Under the pieces are notes generated by a model. The model was not told where the DNA came from, did not search any database, and saw nothing but the letters and a program-made list of their open reading frames with translations. Source: Clostridiales bacterium (GTDB taxonomy: Bacteria; Bacillota; Clostridia; Saccharofermentanales; Saccharofermentanaceae). From it: a stretch of DNA of 64,000 bases. Below, in pieces: positions 19,755-29,865 of this stretch. The stretch covers positions 96,001 to 160,000 of the forward strand of contig JAFWDK010000015.1 in the NCBI GenBank assembly GCA_017513085.1. The letters are read 5' to 3'. Made by a program: the position numbers and the translations under genes. The stretch's first letter is position 1; the number at the start of each line of letters is the position of its first letter.

Positions 19755-20384
19755 TCAGCGACTTTTGCAAATAATCTGCGAATTTGGATCTGCAGCCCTG
19801 ATCGCCCCAGACGCGTGGATCCGGACAACGCGGTTTTCATCTGTCTCAGAAAGCTTCTGCAGTTCAGAAATGTACGGCCGCACAAACTCCGGTCTTCTTT
19901 TCCCGAGGACGCGGAAGATCTCCGGCGCTTCCATCCTGACTTTGTCATCCTCATCTTTTAGAAGTTTCGCAAATACCGGGATATGTTCCGCATAGATGTC
20001 CGGCGTGTTCGTCGCTATATTTTCAGAAGCCCAGATAAAACTGAGCCGGACCTTCGGATCCGCATCCTCCGAAAAACAAAACATTTCTTTCCAATACATC
20101 TCGATATTGGAAAAGCACCCGCGCCCGATCCTTCCGAGTGCATTCACCGCACGCTCTCGAAGAAGCGGTTCTGAGCTTTTACAGAAGGAATAGATCGATG
20201 GGACAACGTCCGAAATCAGGTGGGGATACACAAGCCCGATCTCCCCGAGCATCCAGATCGTCTTTGCTTTTATCTTCGTGGATTTATGAGTAAGAAGTGT
20301 GGAAAGATAGGGTATACTCTCCGGCCAATATTCCTTCTCTTTTGTAAGTTTTCCGAGTTCTTTGTAAAGTTCTGATTCAGTCAA
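19755..20384 (-). CDS. HEAT-repeat protein
   Basis: Repeated LRERAVNALGRIG, VRLSFIWA, KVRMEAPE helices; probable TTG start behind AGGAG (ORF track start 20432). Confidence 0.75.
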   Translation of the reverse strand: MTESELYKELGKLTKEKEYWPESIPYLSTLLTHKSTKIKAKTIWMLGEIGLVYPHLISDVVPSIYSFCKSSEPLLRERAVNALGRIGRGCFSNIEMYWKEMFCFSEDADPKVRLSFIWASENIATNTPDIYAEHIPVFAKLLKDEDDKVRMEAPEIFRVLGKRRPEFVRPYISELQKLSETDENRVVRIHASGAIRAADPNSQIICKSR

Positions 20385-20428
20385 GTCCGTTCTCCTTTTC
20401 GAAGAGACATTCGACTTCCGATCTGAAC

Positions 20429-20929
20429 TCACAGTTGTCTTAATGTCTCTTTCTCCATTTCGATGATATGGATCATGCGGTCGATGGCGCAGATGCCGGA
20501 ATACGGGATCTTATGCGCCAGCATCTGCTCTTTATTCGCTTTCGTCCCGGCTTCGTATTCGTCCAGGATCGCCTGTCTTTTTTTCTTCTCGGTTTCCAGT
20601 TCTTTCTTAGTAAGCACATCGGAGAAGATCACGGCCAGGCAGAACCAGACGGAATCATAATCGACCCTCTCGAAAAGATCGCAAATCGTCTTCTTCAGTT
20701 CTTTTCGCCCGGCATCGGTAATACAATACACTGCCTTATTCTCGGCCTCTCCCGTATCCTCGATCAAGCCCTTTTTCTGAAGCCGGATGCAGGTCTCATA
20801 GAGCGTCGTCGCGCCAATCGGAAGCCAGTATTTCATGTTCATCTGATCGATGACCTTCAGCATGTCATACGCATTTTTCTCGCCCTTGGTCAGGATCCCC
20901 ATGATCACTATGGATGTTTTCGACAGCAT
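20429..20929 (-). CDS. PadR family transcriptional regulator
   Basis: wHTH with TLY..CIRLQKKGLI and YCITDAGRKEL. Confidence 0.85.
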   Translation of the reverse strand: MLSKTSIVIMGILTKGEKNAYDMLKVIDQMNMKYWLPIGATTLYETCIRLQKKGLIEDTGEAENKAVYCITDAGRKELKKTICDLFERVDYDSVWFCLAVIFSDVLTKKELETEKKKRQAILDEYEAGTKANKEQMLAHKIPYSGICAIDRMIHIIEMEKETLRQL

Positions 20930-21680
20930 TTCTCTTACTCCTTCTTCTCCGGTACCAAAACCATATCACGATCAGAAGCCAGATGATCAGGGCAAACACG
21001 AACGACTCGACACTCTTGATCCCGTCACCTGCTTCCGAAGATATTATAACATCCCAGAGCGCGCCCACTCCCCAGAAAAACGGAAAAATGACCAGCATAT
21101 TCCGGGTGATGTAGAATACTGCGGAGTACATCAGGCCGACCAGGAACAGATGCAGGAACTCCGGCTGGAATCCGGCATGATGAAATGAGTAAAAAGCACT
21201 GGTCAGTAAGATCGCCGGAATAATGCCGAATGCTTTTTCGAAGCTCATGCGAAGGAAACCGTAGATAAACAGCATCTCGAAGATGCCGGCCGTGAGTATA
21301 TACACCGCCGCATACAGATTTTTCTTCTGCAAAAGCACTGTTCCCTCGGGGATCCCGTCTCCCATGAACATGGCCAGAAGCCCTGCTGCAAAAAGGGTGT
21401 CCAGCAGAAGGCTCAGCTTGATCTTTTTCTTCGAAAAGCCGATGTCCGAGAGGACCTCTTTTCCTTTCTTATCCACATACATCGATACGAAAACGATGCC
21501 CAGTCCGAAGATCATGACTACATCCCGAAGGAGAAAAGACACGATCGTATCCCTCATCGAATCCCCCGAGAAAGGGAGCATCAGAAGGCTCAGGCCGATC
21601 ATCAGAAGCCCTGCAGCAACGGCAATCCACGTATCCCGGGTCACTTTCATCTTAAATAGTTCTTTCACGAAAACAATCAC
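20865..21680 (-). CDS. CPBP (Abi/CAAX-type) intramembrane metalloprotease-like protein
   Basis: Multi-TM; FEMLFIYG and FYSFHH resemble a degenerate EExxxRG / FxxxH; start uncertain (21650-21680). Confidence 0.65.
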   Translation of the reverse strand: MIVFVKELFKMKVTRDTWIAVAAGLLMIGLSLLMLPFSGDSMRDTIVSFLLRDVVMIFGLGIVFVSMYVDKKGKEVLSDIGFSKKKIKLSLLLDTLFAAGLLAMFMGDGIPEGTVLLQKKNLYAAVYILTAGIFEMLFIYGFLRMSFEKAFGIIPAILLTSAFYSFHHAGFQPEFLHLFLVGLMYSAVFYITRNMLVIFPFFWGVGALWDVIISSEAGDGIKSVESFVFALIIWLLIVIWFWYRRRRSKRNAVENIHSDHGDPDQGREKCV

Positions 21681-21712
21681 CTCATATCAGGAGAATCACT
21701 TGCACATACATT

Positions 21713-21769
21713 TACTACGTATGCGTAGTATCGTGAGAGAATAATACCACGTATACGTAGTAATGTAAA
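21713..21769 (-). promoter_or_regulatory. Sigma70 promoter with two palindromic operators (probable PadR sites)
   Basis: TTTACA-17-TATTAT; palindromes TACTACGTATGCGTAGTA (21713-21730) and TACCACGTATACGTAGTA (21745-21762). Confidence 0.7.
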
Positions 21770-21798
21770 TACCCATTTTGAGATGATTTCTAAACAGC

Positions 21799-22470
21799 TT
21801 AGCTGACCAGACCACCATGGAACACGCATTCATAGACTTTCGTGTCATTGAGATAGATCTCTTCGTAGCCCTGAAACCAGGTAAAATCACCGGTGACTTT
21901 GCATCGGTATGTGTACTCTCCCGACTGGATAATCTCCGGTCCTCTATAGGGCATATTCTTATCTGCGGCACGAAGCGCTTCTTTCAGGAAATTCCCGCTG
22001 AACCCGTCGCCGAGAACCCTTCCCATATAGTTCATCGCGTAGACCGTGGCGCCATCTTTCCAGATGGCTTCTTCACCTGCAAACTTCTCGCCTCCGACAT
22101 ATGTGTCATGGTACATATACCTTCCGTTCTCGTAACGGAAATCGTGGGACGCCGGTCTTGTCGGATCCGCCTCGTTCATAAAAGCCGCATAGGTATTGAC
22201 GTTTGCTTCGAGCCGGAAGGAGATCAGTTCATCGAGATCCGGATCGTCATATGCCTTGATACTCATGGCGCATTCCTGGTCCTTCACCAGATAGTCCACG
22301 CTGACATTCATCAGCTCGCTGATCTGGATCAGGTTGGCAATATCCGGGTACACCTGCCCCGACTCCCATTTCGCCACGGCCTGTCTTGACACACCCAGTT
22401 TCTCGCTCAGCGCCTCCTGCGTATATCCTTTGTTCTTTCTCAATATCTGAAGTTTCTCGGAAAAGATCAT
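21799..22470 (-). CDS. XRE HTH + DUF5680-like domain protein
   Basis: TQEALSEKLGVSRQAVAKWESG; C-domain YHDTYVG..FAGEE..MNYMG..PYRGP..FHGG. Confidence 0.8.
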   Translation of the reverse strand: MIFSEKLQILRKNKGYTQEALSEKLGVSRQAVAKWESGQVYPDIANLIQISELMNVSVDYLVKDQECAMSIKAYDDPDLDELISFRLEANVNTYAAFMNEADPTRPASHDFRYENGRYMYHDTYVGGEKFAGEEAIWKDGATVYAMNYMGRVLGDGFSGNFLKEALRAADKNMPYRGPEIIQSGEYTYRCKVTGDFTWFQGYEEIYLNDTKVYECVFHGGLVS

Positions 22471-22673
22471 GCTTCTCACCTCCGAAAACAATATACTTGA
22501 CGGCGGCCGCTTCCACCACCAATCGGCAGTTGCAGTTCTGCTACCTTCATTATACAGAACATATATCTCCTCGGCGATGAATCTTAGATGGATGGATCTG
22601 AAATAGTATAATGTAATCAGTATACGAAGAAAAAAGGATCCGGCTGCTCCCCGACAGTTCTTTTCAACGGGGA

Positions 22674-22710
22674 AATGTCCCGCTTATCCGCAAGAATGTC
22701 CTTCTTATCC
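22674..22710 (+). promoter_or_regulatory. LytTR-type direct repeat pair
   Basis: AATGTCCcgCTTATCC (22674) and AATGTCCttCTTATCC (22695), 21-bp period, upstream of the LytTR gene. Confidence 0.7.
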
Positions 22711-22768
22711 ATTATTCGTTGAACATGGCCGAGAAATACGATAATCTCAGCCTGACGGAGAAAAAAAC

Positions 22769-23221
22769 ATGAAACTGTTTGTGAAAGAAAAGTGTGATGT
22801 AAAAGAAACCGAAGTGGAGATCCGTTGCAGGATCCGCGACAGAGAAGTCGATGATCTGATCGCGGGGATCAAAAATGCAGGGAGCTTCATCATCGGTGAA
22901 AAAGAGAATGGCGATCTTTGTCAGGTACCTGTCGTCAGGATCTTCTATTTCGAGGCGATCGAGGGAAAGGTATTTGCCTATCTCGAGAAAGAGATCGTCA
23001 AGATCAGAAGTGCTTTGTACGAAGTAGAGAGCACTTACCGGAGCAATCATTTCGTGCGCATCTCCAAGTCAGCAGTCGTTAATTTGAGAATGATCACAAA
23101 CATCCGGCCGGAAGAAGGGCGACGCGTGAGGATCGAACTGAGGAACCAGGAATCCCTCATTGTTTCGAAAAACTACGTCAGCGACCTGAAGAAGGCCATA
23201 GGCATGAAGGAGGGCAAATAA
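22769..23221 (+). CDS. Stand-alone LytTR-domain regulator
   Basis: IFYFEA, LYEVE, FVRISKSAVVNL, VSKNY; no receiver domain. Confidence 0.9.
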   Translation: MKLFVKEKCDVKETEVEIRCRIRDREVDDLIAGIKNAGSFIIGEKENGDLCQVPVVRIFYFEAIEGKVFAYLEKEIVKIRSALYEVESTYRSNHFVRISKSAVVNLRMITNIRPEEGRRVRIELRNQESLIVSKNYVSDLKKAIGMKEGK

Positions 23222-23676
23222 TGAACAAGATCATATCTTCTTTTCAAAAAGCTCTTTCCACCTGTGTTTGTGCATTCTCATTGTGCATCATCATTCTGGC
23301 CTTTGTATCGTATGGAACAGGAAAACTGCTCTCTCCTGATAATATCTTTATCCTGACATGGATGTTCTTGTGCATAGTTATCATCCGCACACTGTATCTA
23401 TCTTTGGAAGGAACAAAAAGGATTGGAAGAATTCCATACTGGATCAAGAGACTGATCGCTCTTCCCTTCTATCTGGGAGTTACCGTGATTGGTATTAAGA
23501 ATCTGGCGTGTCTTGAAAACACTTACAAAACAAATCTGATATTCATTATTGGCGTGTTTGGAATCGTCTATTTCATCGCCTCAACGATCCGGTATTTCAT
23601 CGAAAGAAAGAAAACCGATGCAATGACCGATGCACTACTTAAGATCCAGAAGGAGATAGAGAAAGAAAATGAATAA
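23221..23676 (+). CDS. Four-TM membrane protein (DUF3021-like LytTR partner)
   Basis: Translationally coupled to LytTR; four TM segments and a charged tail. Confidence 0.65.
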   Translation: MNKIISSFQKALSTCVCAFSLCIIILAFVSYGTGKLLSPDNIFILTWMFLCIVIIRTLYLSLEGTKRIGRIPYWIKRLIALPFYLGVTVIGIKNLACLENTYKTNLIFIIGVFGIVYFIASTIRYFIERKKTDAMTDALLKIQKEIEKENE

Positions 23677-24190
23677 GACAATGAAGAGTGTATTATTCGG
23701 CGGCGGTATCGCCCTGGTCATCGGTCTGACCGTATTGTTCGGGTACTTGGGTTTTCATGGCAAGAAAGTGAAAAACCGCTTGAATCTGTCCTATACGGAC
23801 AAGGTCGAAATGAAAGACGGGAAACTTGACGCGACCCGTTCGAGCGTGGAGTTTTACAATGAATCAGGAACAAACTATAAAGTAATGCTCAAGTGGGGAA
23901 ACCGTTCTGAAAAATACAGTTTCCTTACCATGACCAAGATCGTCGCACCTAGTGGAAAAGCAGAAGCCTGGACTTCCGGTGACTGGGGAGAATGCGAGAT
24001 GGAGTTCGAACTGACAGAAACAGGAGACTATACGATTATTAGTGAATACTACTGCACAGAAGAAGAATTTGAAGAAGCTTGTAAAAGTTTGGATCCGAAC
24101 TTTACGCTTGAAGGCAACACCTTTGTTTTCACGGGTGAAGACGGAAGCTGGGAGCAAAGGATCGATGTAAAACTGGTCGTATCGAAATAA
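23669..24190 (+). CDS. Membrane-anchored hypothetical protein
   Basis: N-terminal TM segment followed by a beta-rich soluble domain. Confidence 0.7.
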   Translation: MNKTMKSVLFGGGIALVIGLTVLFGYLGFHGKKVKNRLNLSYTDKVEMKDGKLDATRSSVEFYNESGTNYKVMLKWGNRSEKYSFLTMTKIVAPSGKAEAWTSGDWGECEMEFELTETGDYTIISEYYCTEEEFEEACKSLDPNFTLEGNTFVFTGEDGSWEQRIDVKLVVSK

Positions 24191-24241
24191 AAAAGCTCAT
24201 TTCTTATCGACATCAAATATCCACTCATCTTGGAGGTAAAT

Positions 24242-24802
24242 ATGGAACGCAAGATCAAAGCCGGCTTGCGTGTGGTACCTGTCGTCCTTTTCGTGCTGTT
24301 ACTCTACGTATTTCTGCACGAAAGCGGGCATACCATCGTAGCACTTTCTGCCGGATCAAAAATCACCGAATTCGAACTTATTTCATTAAAGCCACATATG
24401 AATTTTGAAGGAGGAAACTATGATCTTTTCAGCACCTTATGGCTTCATGCAAACGGCTCGTTGCTACCTCTTTTCGTATCGTATATTGTTGCATTCACAT
24501 ACAGAAAAGAAATACAGAACTTTTTCTATCACGCCTTCTGCTTCCTTTTCTGTGTCACGACCACGTTATCGTTCCTCGTTTGGGTCGTCCTCCCGTTAAT
24601 GTACATGAACGGCTATATGGATAACGGAGAAGACGTTTGTAAATGTGCGGATCTTTTCAACATGTATTACGATCCATGGATCATAAGTGTGGTCGCACTT
24701 CTTCTCGTCGGGCTTGGCGCTTTATTGATCTTTTGGAAAGGGATCCCCCGACAGTTTTTCGCCCGCGTGAAAAAGCTCTTGAAGAAGAAAAACGTCACCT
24801 GA
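24242..24802 (+). CDS. M50-like membrane zinc metallopeptidase
   Basis: LHESGH (HExxH) in TM context; GGAGG RBS. Confidence 0.7.
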   Translation: MERKIKAGLRVVPVVLFVLLLYVFLHESGHTIVALSAGSKITEFELISLKPHMNFEGGNYDLFSTLWLHANGSLLPLFVSYIVAFTYRKEIQNFFYHAFCFLFCVTTTLSFLVWVVLPLMYMNGYMDNGEDVCKCADLFNMYYDPWIISVVALLLVGLGALLIFWKGIPRQFFARVKKLLKKKNVT

Positions 24803-24813
24803 TCTTCCGCCTT

Positions 24814-26541
24814 TTAATCTTCCGCCTGCCTGTTCATGTGCGCATAGCTTCCGCCGTTTTTCATCAGTTCTTCATGTGTGCCGCGCTCCACGATCTTTCC
24901 GTTTTCGATCACGATGATCTGATCTGCATTCCGGATAGTTGAGAGACGGTGCGCAATGGCGATGATCGTCCTTTTTCCTGCGATTCCGGAAATGGCATTC
25001 TGGATCTGGCGTTCCGTCTCCACATCCACCGAAGCCGTCGCCTCATCCAGAATGATGATCGGCGACTTCCGAAGAATGGCGCGGGAGATGGCCACCCGCT
25101 GTTTCTGACCGCCGGAAAGGCGCAGTCCGCGCTCGCCGACCAGCGTGTCGTACTGATCCGGCATCTCCATAATGTCCTTATGGATGTTGGCCGCTTTTGC
25201 CGCCTCCATAATGTCCTCGCGACTGGCATCCGGAACCGCGTATCCGATGTTTTCCGCAATCGTGCCGTTGAATAAAAACGTATCCTGAAGGACAGGTGAG
25301 ATATTCTGTCTTAAGCTGTCGATGGTGATGTCATTGAGGTCATGACCATCGATCCGGATCTTTCCTTCCGTGGGTTCATAGAATCTCGAGATCAGCCTTG
25401 TCAGTGTAGTCTTTCCCACACCGGTCGGGCCGACGATAGCCAGCATTTTTCCCGGTTCACAGGTAAAAGAAACATCATCCAGGATCTTTCCACCGGTCTC
25501 ATACGAGAAGCTTACATGATCAAATTCGATTTCCCCCTTCGCATCCTCAAGCGGAGTCGCTTCTTTCGTATCCTTGATCTCGCACGGTGCATCCAATACA
25601 GAGATCACTCTTTCCGCGCCGGCCAGCGACTGCTGCATGTTCTCCAGAAGATTGGCCAGGCCCGTCACCGGGGCATAGAATAACGCGAGATAAAGAAGGA
25701 ATGCCACGACATCTTCCACGGAAAGGCCATCCTTATAGGCCAGATATCCGCCAAAAGCCACGACCAGGATCGTTCCGAGAGAAGAGATAAACTCCACGGT
25801 CGGATGGAAGATCGCACTGATCTTCAGTGCTTTTAACATGGCACGGATATGCTCGAAGTTCTTCTCGTCCACACGCTCCGTTTCGTATTCTTCCCTTCCG
25901 AAAGACTGGATCTCCTGGATCCCGGAAAGATTGTCCTGAAGTTTGCCGTTCAGCTCGCCCATCTTCTTCTGCGAGACCTTGAAAAAGGGTCGGACCTTCT
26001 TCGAGAAGATGATTCCGGATATAAAAATCAGCGGCAGAGGAGCGCAGGTGATCAGAGCCAGTTTCCAGTTGATAATGAGCAAAACGGCCAAAACTCCGAG
26101 GAATGTAACAATGTTCGTTATGGTTTCCGGGATCATATGCGCGTAGAGAAGTTCGAAATCTCTCGTGTCGTTGACGATACGGCTCATGAGATCGCCGGTC
26201 TGTTTATCGTGAAAATATCCGATGTGCATCCGCTCGAGCTTATCGTATGTCCGCGTGCGAAGATCCCCGACCAGATACCAGGCCGCCTTATGGGCGAGGT
26301 AGTTACTTAAGAAACGGAAAAGTACGCGAAAAAGGAAAAGCCCGACAAGTATCAGAGTTAAGATCCGGATCCTTGAAAGCCCCGCATCCGTGACTCCGGC
26401 ACTGACGATACCGGTCATCTCCGACATCACTTTCGGTGCCGCTAGATTCACTAAGGTCAGAAGAAGTGTAGATAGGATCGCGATGACATATAAAGCCTTA
26501 TACTTCAGCGCTTCCCGACTCAATCTCAGTAACATCTTCAT
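24814..26541 (-). CDS. ABC exporter, fused permease/ATPase
   Basis: TMD plus GPTGVGKTT, LSGGQKQR, ILDEAT, IAHRLST. Confidence 0.95.
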   Translation of the reverse strand: MKMLLRLSREALKYKALYVIAILSTLLLTLVNLAAPKVMSEMTGIVSAGVTDAGLSRIRILTLILVGLFLFRVLFRFLSNYLAHKAAWYLVGDLRTRTYDKLERMHIGYFHDKQTGDLMSRIVNDTRDFELLYAHMIPETITNIVTFLGVLAVLLIINWKLALITCAPLPLIFISGIIFSKKVRPFFKVSQKKMGELNGKLQDNLSGIQEIQSFGREEYETERVDEKNFEHIRAMLKALKISAIFHPTVEFISSLGTILVVAFGGYLAYKDGLSVEDVVAFLLYLALFYAPVTGLANLLENMQQSLAGAERVISVLDAPCEIKDTKEATPLEDAKGEIEFDHVSFSYETGGKILDDVSFTCEPGKMLAIVGPTGVGKTTLTRLISRFYEPTEGKIRIDGHDLNDITIDSLRQNISPVLQDTFLFNGTIAENIGYAVPDASREDIMEAAKAANIHKDIMEMPDQYDTLVGERGLRLSGGQKQRVAISRAILRKSPIIILDEATASVDVETERQIQNAISGIAGKRTIIAIAHRLSTIRNADQIIVIENGKIVERGTHEELMKNGGSYAHMNRQAED

Positions 26542-26569
26542 GATTCTTCCCCCTTAACCGGGCAATTTT

Positions 26570-27667
26570 TCATTCATCCAAAAGATTGTAGATCCCATCT
26601 TCGGACAGGACGCCACGCTTCAGGTTGGCAGGAAGTAATCCCGCTTCGTCCAGTGCGAAGTCCTTCTTCCAATCAACACCGGTGTAGTACTTTTCCAGTT
26701 TTTTCAGATCCTCGGGCGCACCCTTCCCGGATGTAACTCTTTCGAAGATCTCTTCCATTTCCGTGATCCGCTGAACGGCCTTTTTCTCGTTTTCTCCGAT
26801 CCCCAGTATATTCTTCTCCATGCTTTCCAGAAGATCGTGGGAATCATCTTCGATATGCGAAAGATACGTCACGATGATCCCCTGCTTCGGCAGAACGTAA
26901 CATTTCTGCTTCCACTTGCCGTTAATGCTGAAGCCTCCTCTATACTTCCAGATAAAGAAACCGTACCCGCCTTCTCTATTCATCTGCTGCACGGAAGTGG
27001 CCATATCCACATATTCTTCGGAAAGGATACGGACGCCGTTATACACGCCCCCGTTATAAAGAAGCAGCCCGAACTTACTTAAGTCATGAACGGAAAGACG
27101 CATCATAGAAGCGCCGTAGAAATATCCCTCCGGCGATCTTCCGTACTCGAAGGATGTGATCTCCAGCGGCGCGAAGATCCTTTCTTCGATAAAAGCACCC
27201 AGATCGCTGCCGAGCACCTCTGTCAGCGCCACACCGATCAGGTATGACGAGATATTACTATAGTTGAATCCAGTTTCTTCCGGATCTTCGATCTCGCATG
27301 CCAGCGAAAAGTCCAGCCAGTTTTCCCCTTCCGCGCGGAACGGAAGATCGGAAACGGACATCGTCAGAAGACGGCGGAGACTAATCTTTTCCCAGCGGGC
27401 TTTCTGCTCTTTTGAAAGAGACAAGTGCTTTTCACTCGGAAGATATTCCAGGATCGATCGGTCTAGATCGATGCGTCCCTCATCGTAGAGGATCCCGACA
27501 GCGACGGACAGCACCGTCTTCGTCGCCGAGTAGATCTCGTGAATGCCCGATGTGTCCCCGAAGCTATGCGTTAACTCGCCATTCTCATACACTTCCGCAC
27601 CGAATACATTCCAATTATTGTCCTGAATATCCTTTACGAACTGATCGAATTTCATCTTCTTTTCCAC
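26570..27667 (-). CDS. Beta-lactamase-like serine hydrolase fused to a DUF4298-like domain
   Basis: SATK, LLTM and YSN motifs; C-terminal RITEME...LKRGVLSEDGIYNLL. Confidence 0.8.
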   Translation of the reverse strand: MEKKMKFDQFVKDIQDNNWNVFGAEVYENGELTHSFGDTSGIHEIYSATKTVLSVAVGILYDEGRIDLDRSILEYLPSEKHLSLSKEQKARWEKISLRRLLTMSVSDLPFRAEGENWLDFSLACEIEDPEETGFNYSNISSYLIGVALTEVLGSDLGAFIEERIFAPLEITSFEYGRSPEGYFYGASMMRLSVHDLSKFGLLLYNGGVYNGVRILSEEYVDMATSVQQMNREGGYGFFIWKYRGGFSINGKWKQKCYVLPKQGIIVTYLSHIEDDSHDLLESMEKNILGIGENEKKAVQRITEMEEIFERVTSGKGAPEDLKKLEKYYTGVDWKKDFALDEAGLLPANLKRGVLSEDGIYNLLDE

Positions 27668-27703
27668 TCCTCGAAAAGCACTTTTTCCTGCAACTATTCT
27701 ACA

Positions 27704-28468
27704 CTATGAAAGGCAGTTTTTCCTCATCCATTCCGCCACGCCATCTTCGTCATTGGAAGCAGTGATCTCATCCGCGACGGCCAGAACTTCCGGGATCGCA
27801 TTCGCGACTGCAACGCCTTTCCCGCACATCGTCAGCATATCGATATCGTTCTTATCATCTCCGAAAGCCACGATATCCGAAATCGCGATCCCGCTTCTTT
27901 CGGACAGTGCTTCGATCGCCTGGATCTTTCCTGAGCCTTCCGGCAGAAATGCATACATGTTTTCTCCGCGATAACACTGTAGTTTACATCCGATTTCATC
28001 CGCGATCTCCTGCGCCATCTGTTCGCCGGCCAGCACGGCGGCGATCTTATTCGCCCCTACTTCCAGGTCCCGCGAATAATCGTTATAGACCGCTTTATGA
28101 AGTCTTTCCGACTCCGCGATATGCAGGCTGTTCCAGAAGACTGTTTTCCCATGGGCGACGGAGATTTCCGTTCCCGGCATCCGTGCCTTCACACTTCGCA
28201 CGATCCGGTTCGTATCCTCGATCGAGAAGGCCTTCGAATAGATACACCCTTCCTCCGCATGGATCAGCGTACCATCCGTGGTGATCTCATAATCCGGTTT
28301 CAGAAGGCGGATATACCGCTCCGCGCCGATCCAGTATCTCGCCGTCGCAATCGCCAGCCGGATCCCCTTCCTCCGGCACGCAGCAATCACATCCAGAGAC
28401 GCCTCGGATATACTCCCATCCTGCCTCAGAAGTGTATGATCCAGATCTGTTAAAATCATTCTCACCAT
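27704..28468 (-). CDS. Cof-type HAD-IIB hydrolase
   Basis: TDLDHT, ATAR, FGDDKND, VAVANA, NDEDGVA. Confidence 0.9.
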   Translation of the reverse strand: MVRMILTDLDHTLLRQDGSISEASLDVIAACRRKGIRLAIATARYWIGAERYIRLLKPDYEITTDGTLIHAEEGCIYSKAFSIEDTNRIVRSVKARMPGTEISVAHGKTVFWNSLHIAESERLHKAVYNDYSRDLEVGANKIAAVLAGEQMAQEIADEIGCKLQCYRGENMYAFLPEGSGKIQAIEALSERSGIAISDIVAFGDDKNDIDMLTMCGKGVAVANAIPEVLAVADEITASNDEDGVAEWMRKNCLS

Positions 28469-28510
28469 GTTTATGCTCCTACCAATACAATTTTAGGGAA
28501 CTTTTCTTGC

Positions 28511-29245
28511 TTATTCTTTCTCAGAAGTTCCCCAAAACACTTCTCCCACTTTTCTATATTCCGCGAAGAAGAACAGCGGTATTTCTTCGTTCTTCCCCGG
28601 ATCTTCATAGGACTTCGGCTCGTCGGCATGCACCAGCACCAGTCCCGCTTCTGCGGCGCCATTCAGGTAATCAGACATCGGCCGGTGATAGTGTTTCGTT
28701 TCGCCCCAGAACCGGTTCTCACAGATGGAGGGCGTAATGTAGGATGTCACCATCTTTCCGGCCCGTCCGGTCTCCTCGTCCACCTTCCATTCGCCGGTAT
28801 AGAAAGCCGGATGCACGATCGAATAATAGAAGATCCCGCCTGTTTTCAGCACCCGCCTGCATTCGGCGAAAACAGGCCCCACGGGATCGATATCCATCAG
28901 CACCTGGTTGCAGAACACGATGTCGAATGCCCCATCTTCGAAAGGGAGTTTTCCGGTTATATCTGCTATGGCAAAAGCACTGTCCGGGTATTTTTCTTTC
29001 GCTATTTCGATCATCGCGGGCGCTCCGTCCACGCCGATCACGTCTCCGCCGATCGACCGGAAATAGTCCGTGTAATAGCCATATCCGCATCCGAGATCGA
29101 GAACTTTCTCTCCGGAAAGTTTCGGGAACCTTGCCTTCACGATAGCTTTGTTCATTTCGGAAAACGCCGACTGCTCCTGCTCGTTGGCAAAAGCACCTGC
29201 CGCCTCATTCCATTGTTCGATACCTGTCTTGCTCATAAGACTCAT
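28511..29245 (-). CDS. Class I SAM-dependent methyltransferase
   Basis: VLDLGCGYG, LPFEDGAFD, SIVHP; ATGA overlap with the upstream gene. Confidence 0.88.
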   Translation of the reverse strand: MSLMSKTGIEQWNEAAGAFANEQEQSAFSEMNKAIVKARFPKLSGEKVLDLGCGYGYYTDYFRSIGGDVIGVDGAPAMIEIAKEKYPDSAFAIADITGKLPFEDGAFDIVFCNQVLMDIDPVGPVFAECRRVLKTGGIFYYSIVHPAFYTGEWKVDEETGRAGKMVTSYITPSICENRFWGETKHYHRPMSDYLNGAAEAGLVLVHADEPKSYEDPGKNEEIPLFFFAEYRKVGEVFWGTSEKE

Positions 29246-29865
29246 CCTTCGGTTTTCCATGAAACATAAGACATATCGTTGATATGCCGTACGCGGTGCT
29301 TCCCGTCATCTCCGACGATCATGTGAGAGACGCCTCCGGCCGGCCCGTGGATATCGACGTCATAATAGGCTTCCACCGGAAGGCCCAGATACATGAGATT
29401 CCAAAGACTCAGAAGATCACCGTGGGACACGATGATGATCGTCTCCTCATCACTTTCCATCACTTCTTCGTAGAAAGGAAGAAGGCGGTTCCAGCAAGCC
29501 CTGCGGCTCTCGCCGTCAGAGAACAGACAGTCATCGACGGTGTTCTCCGGTGTCTCAATATTTTCACGGAGCCACTGCACGGATTTCCCGCAGCACTTCC
29601 CCAGGTTTCTCTCGCGAAGTTCTTTTCGAAGGATCGCTTCCACGCCAAGGGATTTCGAGATCTCTTCCGCCGTCTGTGCCGCACGCTTGAGGTCCGAAGA
29701 ATACATCACGAATTTCTTTCCCTGAAGTTCTTCCTTCAGCTTCTTTCCGATATTCTCCGCCTGCTTGCGCCCGAGCTCCGTCAGATCCCAATCCGTCCAG
29801 GAACCGACCATCCCGTTCGTGTGATGGACCGACTGCGTATGCTGTACCGTAATGATATGTTTCAT
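29242..29865 (-). CDS. Histidine phosphatase family protein
   Basis: QHTQS variant of RHG, SSDLKRA.QTA, LRER, VSHG. Confidence 0.85.
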   Translation of the reverse strand: MKHIITVQHTQSVHHTNGMVGSWTDWDLTELGRKQAENIGKKLKEELQGKKFVMYSSDLKRAAQTAEEISKSLGVEAILRKELRERNLGKCCGKSVQWLRENIETPENTVDDCLFSDGESRRACWNRLLPFYEEVMESDEETIIIVSHGDLLSLWNLMYLGLPVEAYYDVDIHGPAGGVSHMIVGDDGKHRVRHINDMSYVSWKTEG

